From contig NC_043002.1 of assembly GCF_006345805.1 (NCBI RefSeq), forward strand, positions 103,850,001-103,914,000: a stretch of 64,000 nucleotides of DNA, written 5' to 3'. This DNA comes from Octopus sinensis (taxonomy: Eukaryota). Position numbers and translations under genes: made by a program. Within the stretch, counting starts at the first letter, position 1, and the number at the start of each line of letters is the position of its first letter. The notes under the pieces were generated by a model. The model was not told the origin of the DNA and did no database searches. It saw only the letters and a list, made by a program, of their open reading frames with translations. Of this stretch, positions 14,021-27,236 are shown one piece after another.

Positions 14021-15189
14021 GATTAAACAGTCACATGGAGAACCTGAAGCATAAATATGTCAATTAATAAAAACTATAAACTTTTACAAGTTAGGAGAAA
14101 TACAACGATGTTTTACGGCCTGTCTATTTACCTGTGTATATTGTTGCTATTATGTTAAACTGTCGTATGTCCAAATTTGGCCAAATGTATTTTTTCAATA
14201 TATAATTTTGCTTGCAATAGCCGGTCCCTCTGGTCAAATTATCGCATCTCCACCTGCTTCAAATGCCATGACACCAAAAATTTGTCAAAATGTAGTACAA
14301 CAGTTTTGCCATGGAATAGTGAAATTATCTTTTCGTTTTTTGAAAGTGAAACATTTTGGACTTACGACAATTTTGCATAATGGCAATGATATACAAATAA
14401 ATACACCCACGTATACACGCACGTATGTGTGTGTATGTATACGTATGTATTTGCTTAATATTTATTTATATGCCATATGCCTGTGTACGCTAGCAAGTGT
14501 GTGTGTGGGTGTATGAATGTATTAATGTTATGTATGTTATTTATCTATTGTACTTGAAGCGTTATGAATATGTTGTGTACTATTTTCAATTGTAATTACA
14601 TTTCATACAAGATAAATTGAAACAAACTAATTTTAAATTTTCACTAAGTGAAGCAGTACAACATTAATGCATCTATTATTGAATACCCATAGCTTTCATA
14701 ATTTCGAAAAATAATACAACTTTTAGATGTTTCTGTTCTTTATCCATATATTTCGTACGTAAATACATTTATAAATTATTAGATTGAGTCGCCTAACTGT
14801 TATTATTTTTCTTAATTGCTTTATTATTTTTCAATATTAATAAGACGAACAATTTTTTGACAAATAATTTATCATAAGATACACAAAAATATAGTAGCAG
14901 TTTTTATGATAAAAGTTTCATTAAAGCTTTTTTTGAAAAAATCTACGCTTAAACGAACAATTTATTTAAGAATTTTTCACATCTTCACAACAAACTAATT
15001 TATTCTATTTTAAAATTGTTAATTATAACAAGATGTATGCATTAAGTGCATTTTAAAACTAAAGTAGACTGAGAGGAAAAGCACAAAATAATAGATATAT
15101 ATAATCTTCTTCCGGGATATCTAATATATTTGTGTACACTCGGACGTGAAAAATGTCTTCGCTGTGTCAATAGTTTCGGTAAAACGTAC

Positions 15190-15310
15190 CTTTCATACAA
15201 TACAACTAAAGTACAATGAGCTGTGAATGATTTCAAAAGAACCAAGGAAACATGCATTTCTGTGTCATTGTGTTTCTTCAGCTGCGAATGAAAAATTGGC
15301 TCTTCACACC
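15190..15310 (-). other. Candidate internal exon (121 nt), product unknown
   Basis: Acceptor ctttcattctacAG and donor AAG|GTACGT; one open frame, GCEEPIFHSQLKKHNDTEMHVSLVLLKSFTAHCTLVVLYE; no recognisable homology. Confidence 0.3.
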
Positions 15311-15963
15311 CTGTAGAATGAAAGATTTTATACACAATATGAACAAATAGTACCTTTATAGACATAGCGAATTGTCAGTCAAACTGCATTGAAATAACAA
15401 GTGTCAGTCGGAGCTGCGTCAATTATAATATATCGTATACAATGATATTTAACATGTTCATGTATACACGAAGATAGGAAAGAGTTTTATGTAGGGAAAT
15501 AGTCACTGGATAAATGTTGGACGTAGACACTATGTGTAAAATATATGAGGCGCAAAACGACGTCACTGGATCGTAATCAGTGTTTAATTCCAAATTGACA
15601 GAAAGTAATGCATCCCAGCAAAGGTAGAATTTGCTTTTCTTTTATAGGAAAACTACCATTCATACATCGCTGTGAATAACGTATTCGGTTTTCGTAGCTC
15701 AGGACGAGATATGAATCTCAGCCCCGTTGAATTACCAAATATGTAACGGGAAAGCAAATGCTTAAACAATCAAGCAATGTGAAAATGAAGCAGACAGTGC
15801 TTCGTCTACTTTATAGATATTCTAAACAATCCCCCAAGAGTTTTACAAACCATGATTTCGTTATGGGTTCCATTAATGCAGAAAGGTATGTGTACGTTTG
15901 ACCCATGCATCAATTAATCGACTTGGGTCCAAAATACCCGCGAGAAGTGAGAATATATATACG

Positions 15964-15998
<35 letters not shown>

Positions 15999-16326
15999 AT
16001 ATATATAATATATATATAATATATATATAGGAGAGAGAGATTGAGAGAGAGAGAGAGACAGGTAGATATAAATACATAAATGTATAGATAGGTGGGTACA
16101 TAGAAAGATAGATAGAGGGATAGATAGACAGATATGGATATATCTATATGTATGGCTATGTAAAACCGCTCATATATTCACATATACGCGTACACAGCCG
16201 ATGCTCGAAGGCAGTCTTTTATAATTTCATACACACACACAAACACATATGCACACACATATACACACACATACCACGCATACACAGATACATAGTCATA
16301 TACATACATACATATACATATACATA

Positions 16327-16426
<100 letters not shown>

Positions 16427-16769
16427 TATATATATATTGATATGTAGGCGTGTACATATGTATATAAATATATGTCCGCTATACTAATGGCTGATGAAAA
16501 TATGCAATTTCCCAAACCATCACTTACGTCGGTAAAAGTTTCTCTTCCTGTTTGGTTCTATTTCCTTTCCGCCATATTCTATTAATGTGAAGCTATTTCC
16601 GGGCCACAATCCATTTGACTTATTATAAAGCCCTGTTGCATACCTTCTCACCCCTCATCCCGATCACATAGTTTCATTACTATAGAAAACTCACCAGCAC
16701 AATATATAATCAAGCGAAATATATTTTACCAGACAGATTGCTCTCACTCTTGATTTTCTCTCACTCTCT

Positions 16770-16843
16770 CTTTCTATCTATCTATCTATTTATCTATATC
16801 TATATATATATATATCTGTCTGTCTGTCTATCTATCTATCTGT

Positions 16844-16915
<72 letters not shown>

Positions 16916-16969
16916 TTATCTATATATATATATATATATATATATCTGTCTGTCTATCTATCTATCTGT

Positions 16970-17020
<51 letters not shown>

Positions 17021-17056
17021 CTATCTATCTATCTATCAATCTATATATCTATCTAC

Positions 17057-17130
<74 letters not shown>

Positions 17131-17132
17131 CA

Positions 17133-17164
<32 letters not shown>

Positions 17165-17169
17165 GTTTA

Positions 17170-17200
<31 letters not shown>

Positions 17201-17217
17201 ATCTATCTATCTATCTT

Positions 17218-17269
<52 letters not shown>

Positions 17270-17400
17270 CCTATCCCTCTATCTCTCTCTTTCTATCTAT
17301 CTATTTACCTATCTCTCTCTATCTGTCTTTCTATCTATCTATCTATCTACCTATCCCTCTATCTCTCTATCTACCTCAATCTCTCTTCTGTCCCATTCTC
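16770..17400. repeat. Long (TCTA)n compound microsatellite
   Basis: Seen directly; source of the 282-aa IYLS ORF. Confidence 0.95.
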
Positions 17401-17520
17401 TCTCTAAAGGTGTTTGTGTGTGTATTTTTATCTATATCTGTCTCAGTCTCCTCTCTACCTCAATCTCTCTCTCTCTCGCTCTCTCTTTCTCCCTTCATAT
17501 GTGTATATAATATATATAGA

Positions 17521-17778
17521 TTAGTAAGAATTTTATATAGTGGATTTTGTACTTGTGGCCTTTACATTTTCAAAGTACAAGATTAAATCTATGTAAACCA
17601 AAAATAATAAAACTATATATTCTCTTGAGCGAGCTACCATCAAGAACACACCAAAATATTCACACAAAGTTCTGCTTACGAGAATCTACATACCGGAATA
17701 CATTCTAAACAATAATCTCAAATGTAATCAATGAATATTCCTCCAAATAACCTCTATAGAAACACCAGCATTAACACC
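17521..17778. repeat. ~258-bp direct repeat, copy 1
   Basis: Near-identical to 19997-20254 (TTAGTAAGAATTTTATATAGTGG...TTAACACC). Confidence 0.9.
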
Positions 17779-17894
17779 TAATTTCTAGTCCACTCAAACT
17801 CGTGCATCGAAGGAAGTTTTTAAAATCAACAAAGAATGTATAAAGCCAAGATTAACGTCGCAGTCCGACGTTAGCTTAACTGGCCGAAACTCCC

Positions 17895-18215
17895 TAGTTG
17901 TTCCCGTGTTCAGTCTCACTGCGTGGCACCTTGGGCAAGTGTCTTCTACAAACCCTCGGTCTGACCAAACAAATCCTTGTGAATGGATTTGTTAGACGGA
18001 ATCTGAAAGAAGTCCGTCATATATATATGTGTGTGGGGTTGTGTACCTTTGTTTGTTCTCCCGATGCTGTTCTGTTTATGTCCCCGTTAAATAGCTGTTC
18101 GGCAAAAGAGACTGATAGAATAAGTACTAGGCTTACAAGAACCAAATCCTTAAGTCGATTTGTTCGGCTAAAGGCGGTGTTCAAAATAAAAGCAACAACT
18201 AAATGAATAAAAAGA
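17895..18215 (+). mobile_element. SINE family A, 5'-truncated, diverged
   Basis: GTTCAGTCTCACTGCGTGGCACCTTGGGCAAGTGTCTTCT...GATAGAATAAGTACTAGGCTTACAAG. Confidence 0.85.
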
Positions 18216-18721
18216 AAAATTTGGGGGTGTCCGTGTGTCTGTGTGTTTCTGTGTGTTAGTCTGAATGTATGTATGTGTGTGTGTTTGCGTGTCTGTGTGT
18301 GAGTGTGCGTGTGTCTGAATGTCTGTATGTGTGTGTCTTTGTGTGTCTGTGTGTGAGTGTGCGTGTGTCTTTGTGTGTCTGTGTGTGAGTGTGCATGTGT
18401 CTGAATGTCTGTACGTGTGTGTCTGTGTGTCTGTGTGTGAGTGTGCGTGTGTCTGAATGTCTGTATGTGTGTGTGCTTGTGTGTCTGTGTGTGAGTGTGC
18501 GTGTGTTTTCCATTTGCTCGTACTTGTATAATATATATTTTGAACATGAATTTCTATGCAAAGCCAAGCACCTTATTTTGTTACCCGTCGGTGAATTTAC
18601 TTGTTTGTGTGTGCCATCATTTCTGTTTCTCTCTTCTTCCTTTCTTTTCTGTTTACTCTCTCTTCTCCCGCTCTCTCTCTCTCTGTCTATCTACTCTCAC
18701 TCTCCTTCCATCCCCGTTGCA

Positions 18722-18752
<31 letters not shown>

Positions 18753-18889
18753 CCTTTATCTTCCTCCTACCACTAACACGTGACGCGTGGTCATCGTCAC
18801 CCATCATCTCCATATATTTTTTCGTCACTGATCTCTAACGCCACTTGTGTTGCCTTGTCTCTCACTTTCAAAACCATTGGCTCTCTCTC

Positions 18890-18922
<33 letters not shown>

Positions 18923-18953
18923 GTCTCTCTCTGTCTCTCTCTGTCTCTGTCTT

Positions 18954-19025
<72 letters not shown>

Positions 19026-19130
19026 CTTTGCGTTTCTGATTCTTTACAATACTCTTCCTGGCGTTACCCATATTTTTGTCTCATCTCTTAATCATTAAGT
19101 GTCATTCTGTTTAGTTCCTTTTGATTGTAT

Positions 19131-19544
19131 ACTCTTTTACTCTTTTACTTGTTTCAGGCATTTGACTACGACCATGCTGGAGCACCGCCTTTAGTCGAGC
19201 AAATCGACCCCGGGACTTATTCTTTGTAATCCCAGTGCTTATTCTATCGGTCCCTTTTGCCGAACTGCTAAGTGACGGGGACGTAAACACACCAGCATCG
19301 GTTGTCAAGCAATGCTAGGGGGACAAACACACACACACACAAACACACACACAAACACACACACATATATATATATATATACATATAAGACAGGCTTCTT
19401 TCAGTTTCCGTCTACGAAATCCACGCACAAGACATTGGTCGGCCCGGAGCTATAGCAGAAGACACTTGCCCAAGAGGCCACGCAGTGGGACTGAACCCGG
19501 AACCATGTGGTTGGTTACCAAGCTACTTACCACACAGCCACTCC
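19131..19544 (-). mobile_element. SINE family A, full length
   Basis: Head GGAGTGGCTGTGTGGTAAGTAGC, internal TA/TG microsatellite, tail GAAACAAGTAAAAGAGTAAAAGAGT. Confidence 0.93.
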
Positions 19545-19996
19545 AACATTTGTTGTGCGTATTTTCGTCTTTGGCTCCCTGTCCGTCCGTTCGTTACTCG
19601 TCCTCGCGTTGTCTTGAATATTATTTTCGTTGTGTAATGTATAATTCTTTGCCTTTTGTTTTTGTATGTTCACGTACTGTGGTGCTTGATCCCTTTTTGG
19701 CCCTCTATTTCCCAGCAGCCTCTCGTCGCTGATGCCACTAAAAGAATCAAAATATTCCTTAAAGACATGAAATTCTTACGAGCTTTGGGTGATAACTGTA
19801 GAGAATTTAACAACATTCTCGGTGTCTATTGTCCGTTTGTCCCGTTCGTTTGTACTTCTATATATTTTCGAACTCACACACAAACATATGTACCGTTTTA
19901 ATTTTTTTTATAGTGGATTTCGAACAACATATAAGTAACTGCGAGACAAATCACTTAGCAAGCTAAACTTTAAAAACACAGTACGACTTATATAGG

Positions 19997-20254
19997 TTAG
20001 TAAGAATTTTATATAGTGGATTTTGTATTTGTGGATTTTACATTTTCAATGTACAAGATTAAATCTAAGTAAACCAAAAATAATAAAACTACAGACCTTC
20101 TTGAGTGAGCTACCATCAAGAACACACCAAAATATTCACACGAAGTTCTGCTTACTAGAATCTACATACCGGAATACATTCTAAACAATAATCTCAAATG
20201 TAATCAATGAATATTCCTCCAAATCACCTCTATAGAAACACCAGTATTAACACC
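19997..20254. repeat. ~258-bp direct repeat, copy 2
   Basis: Near-identical to 17521-17778. Confidence 0.9.
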
Positions 20255-20434
20255 CGTAACGAAGAGTAAGTAGAGAGGCTGACGGGATAGCAAACAGTTT
20301 TCTAAATACAATAATATTAAGCGAAGATGCTAGCCTTTGAACCACAAGGCACGAGGTAGCCTGCACACACATATGTGGGGTTGTGGGAGCATCTGTCATT
20401 AGTATGTTGAATTCGAAGTGCGAAGTTATTCTTA

Positions 20435-20753
20435 TATTTGTTACAATCATTTGAGTGCAGCTAAGCTGAAGCATAGCCTTCAGTCGAACAAACCGACTCC
20501 AGAATTTAATCTCTGTAAGCCAAGTAAATATTCTATCGGACTCTTTGCTGAACCGCTAATTTACGGGAACGTAAACACACCATCATCGGTTGTCAAACGA
20601 TGGTGGCTGGACAAACACAGACACACAAACACACGCATATATACATATATATTTACGAAGGGCTTCTTTCAGTTTCCGTCTACCAAATCCGCTCACAAGG
20701 TTTTAGTCGGCCCGAGGCTATAGAAGAAGACACTCGTCCAAGGTGGCCACGCA
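20435..20753 (-). mobile_element. SINE family A, lacking the head
   Basis: GAACCGCTAATTTACGGGAACGTAAACACACC...GGGCTTCTTTCAGTTTCCGTCTACCAAATCC. Confidence 0.85.
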
Positions 20754-21229
20754 GGAAAGGCGCCCACACACACGCATATACACACACAGATTTATAAGTG
20801 TTTATGTGGTTGCAATTGTTGGAAAGGGAAAAAATAAAAGATTTCACTTCTTTGCATGAAGAATGGGTGTGGCATGGAAGGTATTATCCTTGTTTGTATG
20901 GATGTCTATTTGTTCATGAAACAAAGAATCTGGTTTACGAACGGGATTCCGGAATGTATACACAGGAAAACCAGTGTGTGTGTGTGTGTGTGTGCATATA
21001 TATATATATAATTAGGCTAAATGGTCTCAGTGGAATATCTCGAAAAAAAAAACAGACAAAAGAATAAAAAGAATAACGAAAATCAAATTAAAAACCATTC
21101 CCTTAGTGTAGATTTCTTGCAGAAGTGCATCCATTACAAATTATAATAGCGATGGTGAGGATGATGATGATGAAAATATTAATACTAAGAATAATATATG
21201 GTGTGTGTGTGTATGTGTTTGTGTTTAAA

Positions 21230-21645
<416 letters not shown>

Positions 21646-22061
21646 GAGCTGCGATATATAGTTGGTGAACAAAAAATATAAGTAATAAATATATGTGAAG
21701 TAACCGTGACCTATTTCTTGTCGGTGTATTCAATGATGCATGGAGCATATAATGGGAACACTTTAGAATATAAAGATGTAGGTTTAGAGTTGCATAGATT
21801 CTTACAAGAATCACTCATTCGGGACGTAGAACATAAACGTCACGAAGAAGAAAAACACTAACACGAACGCACGCACTGTCGACACACATTCCCACATATA
21901 AGCATATAGTAGTAAACATATATTCACACACACACACATACATACGTAACGACACACGCATACACATATGCAGACAGTTACACAGATGTATATGCACACA
22001 CATAAATATATATACGTATGTATATGTATTTGTGTACATATCTAGCAGACACATATATCTA

Positions 22062-22157
<96 letters not shown>

Positions 22158-22426
22158 ATGTGTATATATATATATATATATACACGCACATATAATTACA
22201 AACGCACACACACCACACACATATGCGCAGTCACACACACATACATTTACACACATACATATCTATGCGTGTGCACACTTGTGCGTTCGCATACACAACA
22301 GTTGTAGCTGTTCATATATACGTGGGGCACGTGAGTGAGTTTATGCTCGTGTGTGCGCATGCGTACATTCGCACACGCGTAGTATACGTGTGGCTTTATA
22401 ATAACACTAACCTCCTTTTTCTACAG

Positions 22427-22625
22427 AGCCATTGAACGAACCGAATCCTTTTCTTCAGAACCAACACCGCACTGAGTTATTTGTAATACTATTGCAATCA
22501 AATGCTTTACCCCAGTTTTTTTTTTATATATTTATTTTCCGCCTTTTACATATTTTTATCGTTATTTCTTATGTGTTCTGTTCCAGTAATCACTTTTACC
22601 AATAAAGATTGTAAAGATTCCCCAA
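22427..22625 (+). other. Candidate terminal exon with short 3' UTR
   Basis: Branch point CACTAAC (22405), pyrimidine tract and ctacAG; frame AIERTESFSSEPTPH* (stop 22473-22475); U-rich UTR; AATAAA at 22601. Confidence 0.35.
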
Positions 22626-23214
22626 TTCTATGGTGTCTAGACTTGGATGGATTCTCTGGAATGTTTTCTATATTTTTCTTTCCTTTATTTCTCTCATTCT
22701 GTGTGTGTTTTGTCGGTTTATTTGTGTTTTTCTCTATAATATATGATCTCTCACTCTCTCTCTCTCCCTCTCTCTCTCTCTCTATCTATCTCTCTCTCTC
22801 CACACACACACATAGTCTTTCTGTATGTGATGTGTGTTTTAAATGAATTATCCTTTTAATACTTATATATGTGGAATGCATGCATCTTTGTGGAATATGG
22901 CTGTCATTGATTTCATACTTGCTTCCGTATTTCTTTTCTCTATGTTGTTGTTGTTGCTACTGCAGTTGATTTGGCTGTTGTCGTTGCAATGATTAGATTC
23001 TAGTTTCGTTTTCACCATGCTGCTGTGTGCAAGTGTTATTTTTTTTTTCTTTTCTTTATGCGTGATGAATTTGTATAACTTTGTTTGTTTCTTCCCAGTG
23101 TATAAGAAAGATGTATTCCTGATACTAATGCTGTTGTTGTTGTTCTTGTTGTTTGTGGTGGTGCTGGTTTTCTGCATTATGTGTTTGCAATAGTTATTTT
23201 CTTTATCTTCCAAG

Positions 23215-23424
23215 AAGGCGAACTGGTAGGATCATTAATGCGTGATGAAAGGCGTAACGGGTATTTCGTCCGTCTTTATGTTCATCGTTCCAATTCCAGC
23301 GAGGTTGATTTTGCCTTTCATCCTTCAACCAGTAGATAAAATAAATACCCGCTGAGAACTAGGGTCGGGTAATAAATTAGCCCCCTCACCCGAACTTGGT
23401 GATCTTAGACCCAAATTAGAAACT
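23215..23424 (+). mobile_element. SINE family D
   Basis: AAGGCGAACTGGTAGGATC head, GTTCCAATTCC B-box-like motif, GAGGTTGATTTTGCCTTTCATCCTT centre; homologous to 26417-26623. Confidence 0.8.
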
Positions 23425-24184
23425 AATATTTATTTTGATTTCTTTGTGTATAATGAATATAAGTATTGCTGTTGTTAAACAACAAACCAGCTTTTAACAC
23501 GTCGAGAAATGAAAGAGAACTTTTTCTAACCATCCTCCTAACGTTTTGCTTTACACATATACTGTGATATCTCACTTTGTATACCCTGCATTTGTTTTAA
23601 AGAAAATCAAACGATTATAAGATGAAATATTCGAGCAATTTCAATCGGTTGCGTTGCTGTACACTCGTCTGAGTTCGTTTAAATGGAAGATACGAATGCG
23701 GAAGTGTTAAAGCAATGAGTTCATGGGAAATGACATAATATGTATAAAAATACATGGGATCTGCTAAAAATCTGGCATTGCTGCTCGGTAAGGAGATCCT
23801 TTGCCAATTATAAAGTAGTTTCGATTATGCAGGAAAATTGGGTTACTGTTGGACCCAAAACATCTCACTGAATCTAGGTTGAAAGAAACTGTGCAGAGTT
23901 TGTCGTAAGAACTGCATTAAATTTTAAATAGCTGGTTTCGCCACATCTTCTGTCATGTGGTTTAATAAAGGACCGCTAAATCCTTAGGAAGAGAGGACCG
24001 TTAGAAAAATATATTGCAATCTGCACACCATGTCGGTTCAACCGGCAAGAAACCTGCACCTTGTTTTGCGACTTGTGTAGTGGGAGCATATGTGACATGT
24101 AACCCTGACATCGAAGCGTGTCCACGTGAAAACAATCATTAATAATTAGGAAATGAAAATGTGGCACACAGTAGGACTGAACCC

Positions 24185-24395
24185 GAACCATGTGGCTTCC
24201 ACACATTTCTAACCACCGATCCATGTGGTTTCCACACGTTTCTAACCACCGATCCATGTGGCTTCCACACATTAACTACCGAACCATGTGGCTGGTAAAC
24301 AAACTTCTAACCACCGAGATTTGTGGCTTCCACACATTTCTAACCACCGAGTCATGGGACATTTCTAACCATCGAGCCATGTGGCTTCCACATAA
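24185..24395. repeat. 33-bp minisatellite derived from a SINE A head
   Basis: Unit CCATGTGGCTTCCACACATTTCTAACCACCGAT in about 6 imperfect copies, directly after GGACTGAACCCGAACC (SINE A B-box, minus strand). Confidence 0.85.
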
Positions 24396-25136
24396 ATCCT
24401 TCTGCTGAATTCTTTGGTAAAGCATTAATCGATTCAAGCGTTGAATAGACGGTATCTGTTCGATTTGTGATGTAGAGATGATGAAGCCGAAATTAATTGG
24501 TTCCAAATTGGGATTTTCGCAGCCATGTCTGCACCTATCTTCTCTATAGTCAAGTATCTTTCTCTTGTATTTCGTTTGTAGATTTCTTCGTTTCAGTCAC
24601 AAATAGATGGTGTCATATACTCTGATCATCCTGCTATATTTTTTGTACTTGGACCTAAAGTTTCCGATTTATACATCCCTGTTTTAAAGAATATACCCAA
24701 TGTTTTATATAAGATTTCTTGCAGGAATGAACAAGCACATCCAAGCTCCCTTGGTGTTCGCTTTTCGTGTGATGGTTCATTATTCAAATGCTGACAGTTT
24801 GGAGTTTGCTGAAGATATCTCTACAGAGACGTGAGATAGAATCTTGTTCAGGTGATGGTTGAAAACTTCAGCAGATGCTATCATCAAGTTTTGGATTCAA
24901 TTAGCAGAAGAATTAAACAACATTATTCATCTCAGTGCAGGAACATTTCAACATAATGCATTCCTTTGACTATTGGCTGATGTGAGCTTTAGAATTCAAT
25001 AGTAGATTGCTATTTATTTCTTTTTTCTAGTTTTTCATTCATCTTTCAACAGTAGTCTCAATACCCATAATGGCGACTACATTTCTCCTGGCATACATAC
25101 ATAGAAACACATACATAAATATACAAATATACACAG

Positions 25137-25175
<39 letters not shown>

Positions 25176-26416
25176 ATGGAGAGAGAGAGAGAGAAAGAGA
25201 GAAAAAAGAGGGAGAGATACACATTTATAAATTTACATGGACATATACATACATATAAACATACATACCTACATGATATGTATACACTAAAGGTGTGTGT
25301 ATAAATGTCAGTTCGTTGATCTACGTGTATATATATTCTTTGCATCTGTTTTCTTACATATATCCTGATACTGCGTAGTGTGTTATGAGCGAATGTACGT
25401 GTATGTACAATGTTGTCCTTATAACCATCGGTGTGTATTCAAGTATCTATTTTAGTATGAGCAAATGCATATATTTCTTTATCTGACTACACACACACAT
25501 ACACACACACACATTTAACTACATATATGTACGAATGTCTCCTTGTATGCACGTTGCCACTTACGCGTATGTATGTGTGTATCTATGATTGTGTGAATCG
25601 CTGTCCTTGGTGTATGTATGTATGTATACATACACGTATGCCTGCTCGTATATAAATTGGCTATATCTATATTATAAACAGTAAATATCTGCATTGTTTT
25701 ATTTCCAGCCAACAGAGGCATTTTTTAATATTTCTGTTTAAGTTTCAGCTTATATTTCCAAAAAACGTAATCTTCATAATTCCATTTCCGTCTACCATTT
25801 TCTAAATGTCCATTATTGGGTCCGTGACCGAAGTTCTTTTTTCTTTAGCTCGGATAAACCCTGTTGAAACTATTATAGAATCAAAAGCTTTCCATCCGTA
25901 ACAGTCACGATTAGGAATCTCAGTATTACAGTAACCAAGTGGCGTTGTATTTTATAATCAGTACCGCCTAATTTGAGGGGTCATGGTGACAAACTCTATC
26001 AAATCGATCGACCAGCTACATATTCCGTATCTTCTTGATGTTATTCACGCATAGAGTTTAATAGTTTATTACCTTTTCGGGCAAATGGAATTTTAACTAA
26101 ACAACTTTGAATGAATCTGCACCGGTATTAAGTGCAATTGCAATTTAGATAGAAGACAAGTAAAAAGACAAAGGGTTATTGTGTAACATCCCCGTCTGTG
26201 TAGCTTTGATCCTCACTCGTAGAATACACATCGAGGAATTCCTTGCAATTTTGCATGAAATTTTTTGCTTAGTGAATACATATTTGATTCGTAAAAGAAA
26301 AGCGACGTTTGGTTATTTGTTGATTGTTTTGAAAACATATCTTACCATTCACAAGGTTTCGAAAAGGATATTTCTTGTGTTGGGTAATTTCTGATTTTAC
26401 TATCGATGACCGAGTT

Positions 26417-26623
26417 GAGGCGACAGACTGGATGGCACGCCGGTCTATATGCTTAGCAGCATTTCGTCCGTCCTTACTTTCTGAGTTCAAATTCCGCCGA
26501 GGTCGAATTTGCCTTTCAGCCTTTCGGGGTACATAAAATAAATGCCATTTGAACACTGCGATCGATGAAATTGATTTAACCACCCCAACCCCCGAACTTT
26601 CTGTTCTTGTGCCAAAACATGAA
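26417..26623 (+). mobile_element. SINE family D
   Basis: CTGAGTTCAAATTCCGCCGAGGTCGAATTTGCCTTTCAGCCTTTCGGGG...CTTGTGCCAAAA. Confidence 0.85.
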
Positions 26624-26919
26624 TATCATGTCTCTGAATGAGTTTTATTTTAAAATTTATGGGAGCTACTGCCTTTGTAGACTCATATTGTAGTTTGAAT
26701 GCTCGAGATGAGAAGTAGATAGACAGCCGACCACTGACGAAGGGTCCTCTTTCTCTTTTAACTTGTCCTGTTGTCCATTTTTATTTCTCTCTGTTTACGT
26801 ATTTCACTCGTTTTCTTCCAGTAATTACTGTGCACGTCTTGTATCTATCTCTCGTGTGTATGTTATTTGCATCGATGGTGACGTCATGTACCCATATATG
26901 CATATATACATATATATAT

Positions 26920-27078
26920 TTCTCCTTGTTTTTTTTTTTTTCTTTGGCCCTTTCTGTAGAAGAGCGTAGGCCAGAAACATAAAAGACTTTTTCAATTTCT
27001 GAGAATTACACTAATACATCTGTTTGTTTTGTACACCAGCTGCCTTTGTCTTTTGTTTTTTCGTGAATTCTCCCCTTA
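26920..27078 (+). mobile_element. Diverged PLE terminal fragment (family E), tail-to-tail with the 27101 element
   Basis: CTTTCTGTAGAAGAGCGTAGGCCAGAAACATAAAAGACTT...CTAATACA...CTGCCTTTGTCTTTTG, then (TA)n. Confidence 0.75.
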
Positions 27079-27198
27079 TATATATATATATATATATATA
27101 ACGGGAAGCTTTATGAAAGTAGACAAAAGACGAAGGCAGGTGGAAAACAAACAAACAATTGTATTAGTATGGCGCTCAGGAAATATAAATAACACAAG

Positions 27199-27236
27199 TC
27201 TTTAACGTTTCGAGCCTACGCTCTTCAACAGAAAGA
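27199..27236 (-). ncRNA. Minimal type I hammerhead-like motif (variant core CUGUUGAA)
   Basis: UCUUU-CUGUUGAA-GAGC(GUAG)GCUC-GAAA-CG-UU-AAAGA: stem I 5 bp, stem II 4 bp, palindromic ACGU stem III. Confidence 0.65.

Noticed and set aside
19715-19901. Strong acceptor followed by QPLVADATKRIKIFLKDMKFLRALG
   Set aside because: No convincing donor or recognised homology
21733-21861. Short protein-like ORF MMHGAYNGNTLEYKDVGLELHRFLQESLIRDVEHKRHEEEKH
   Set aside because: No splice or promoter support and no recognised homology; expected by chance
24185-24395. CRISPR-like ~33-bp periodicity
   Set aside because: Head-to-tail units without unique spacers, SINE-derived, in a eukaryotic context with no cas genes
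26736-26760. CTGACGAAGG hammerhead-core word (also CTGATGA at 33102 and CTGAGGA at 45247 and 45448)
   Set aside because: No stem II plus GAAA plus stem I could be assembled
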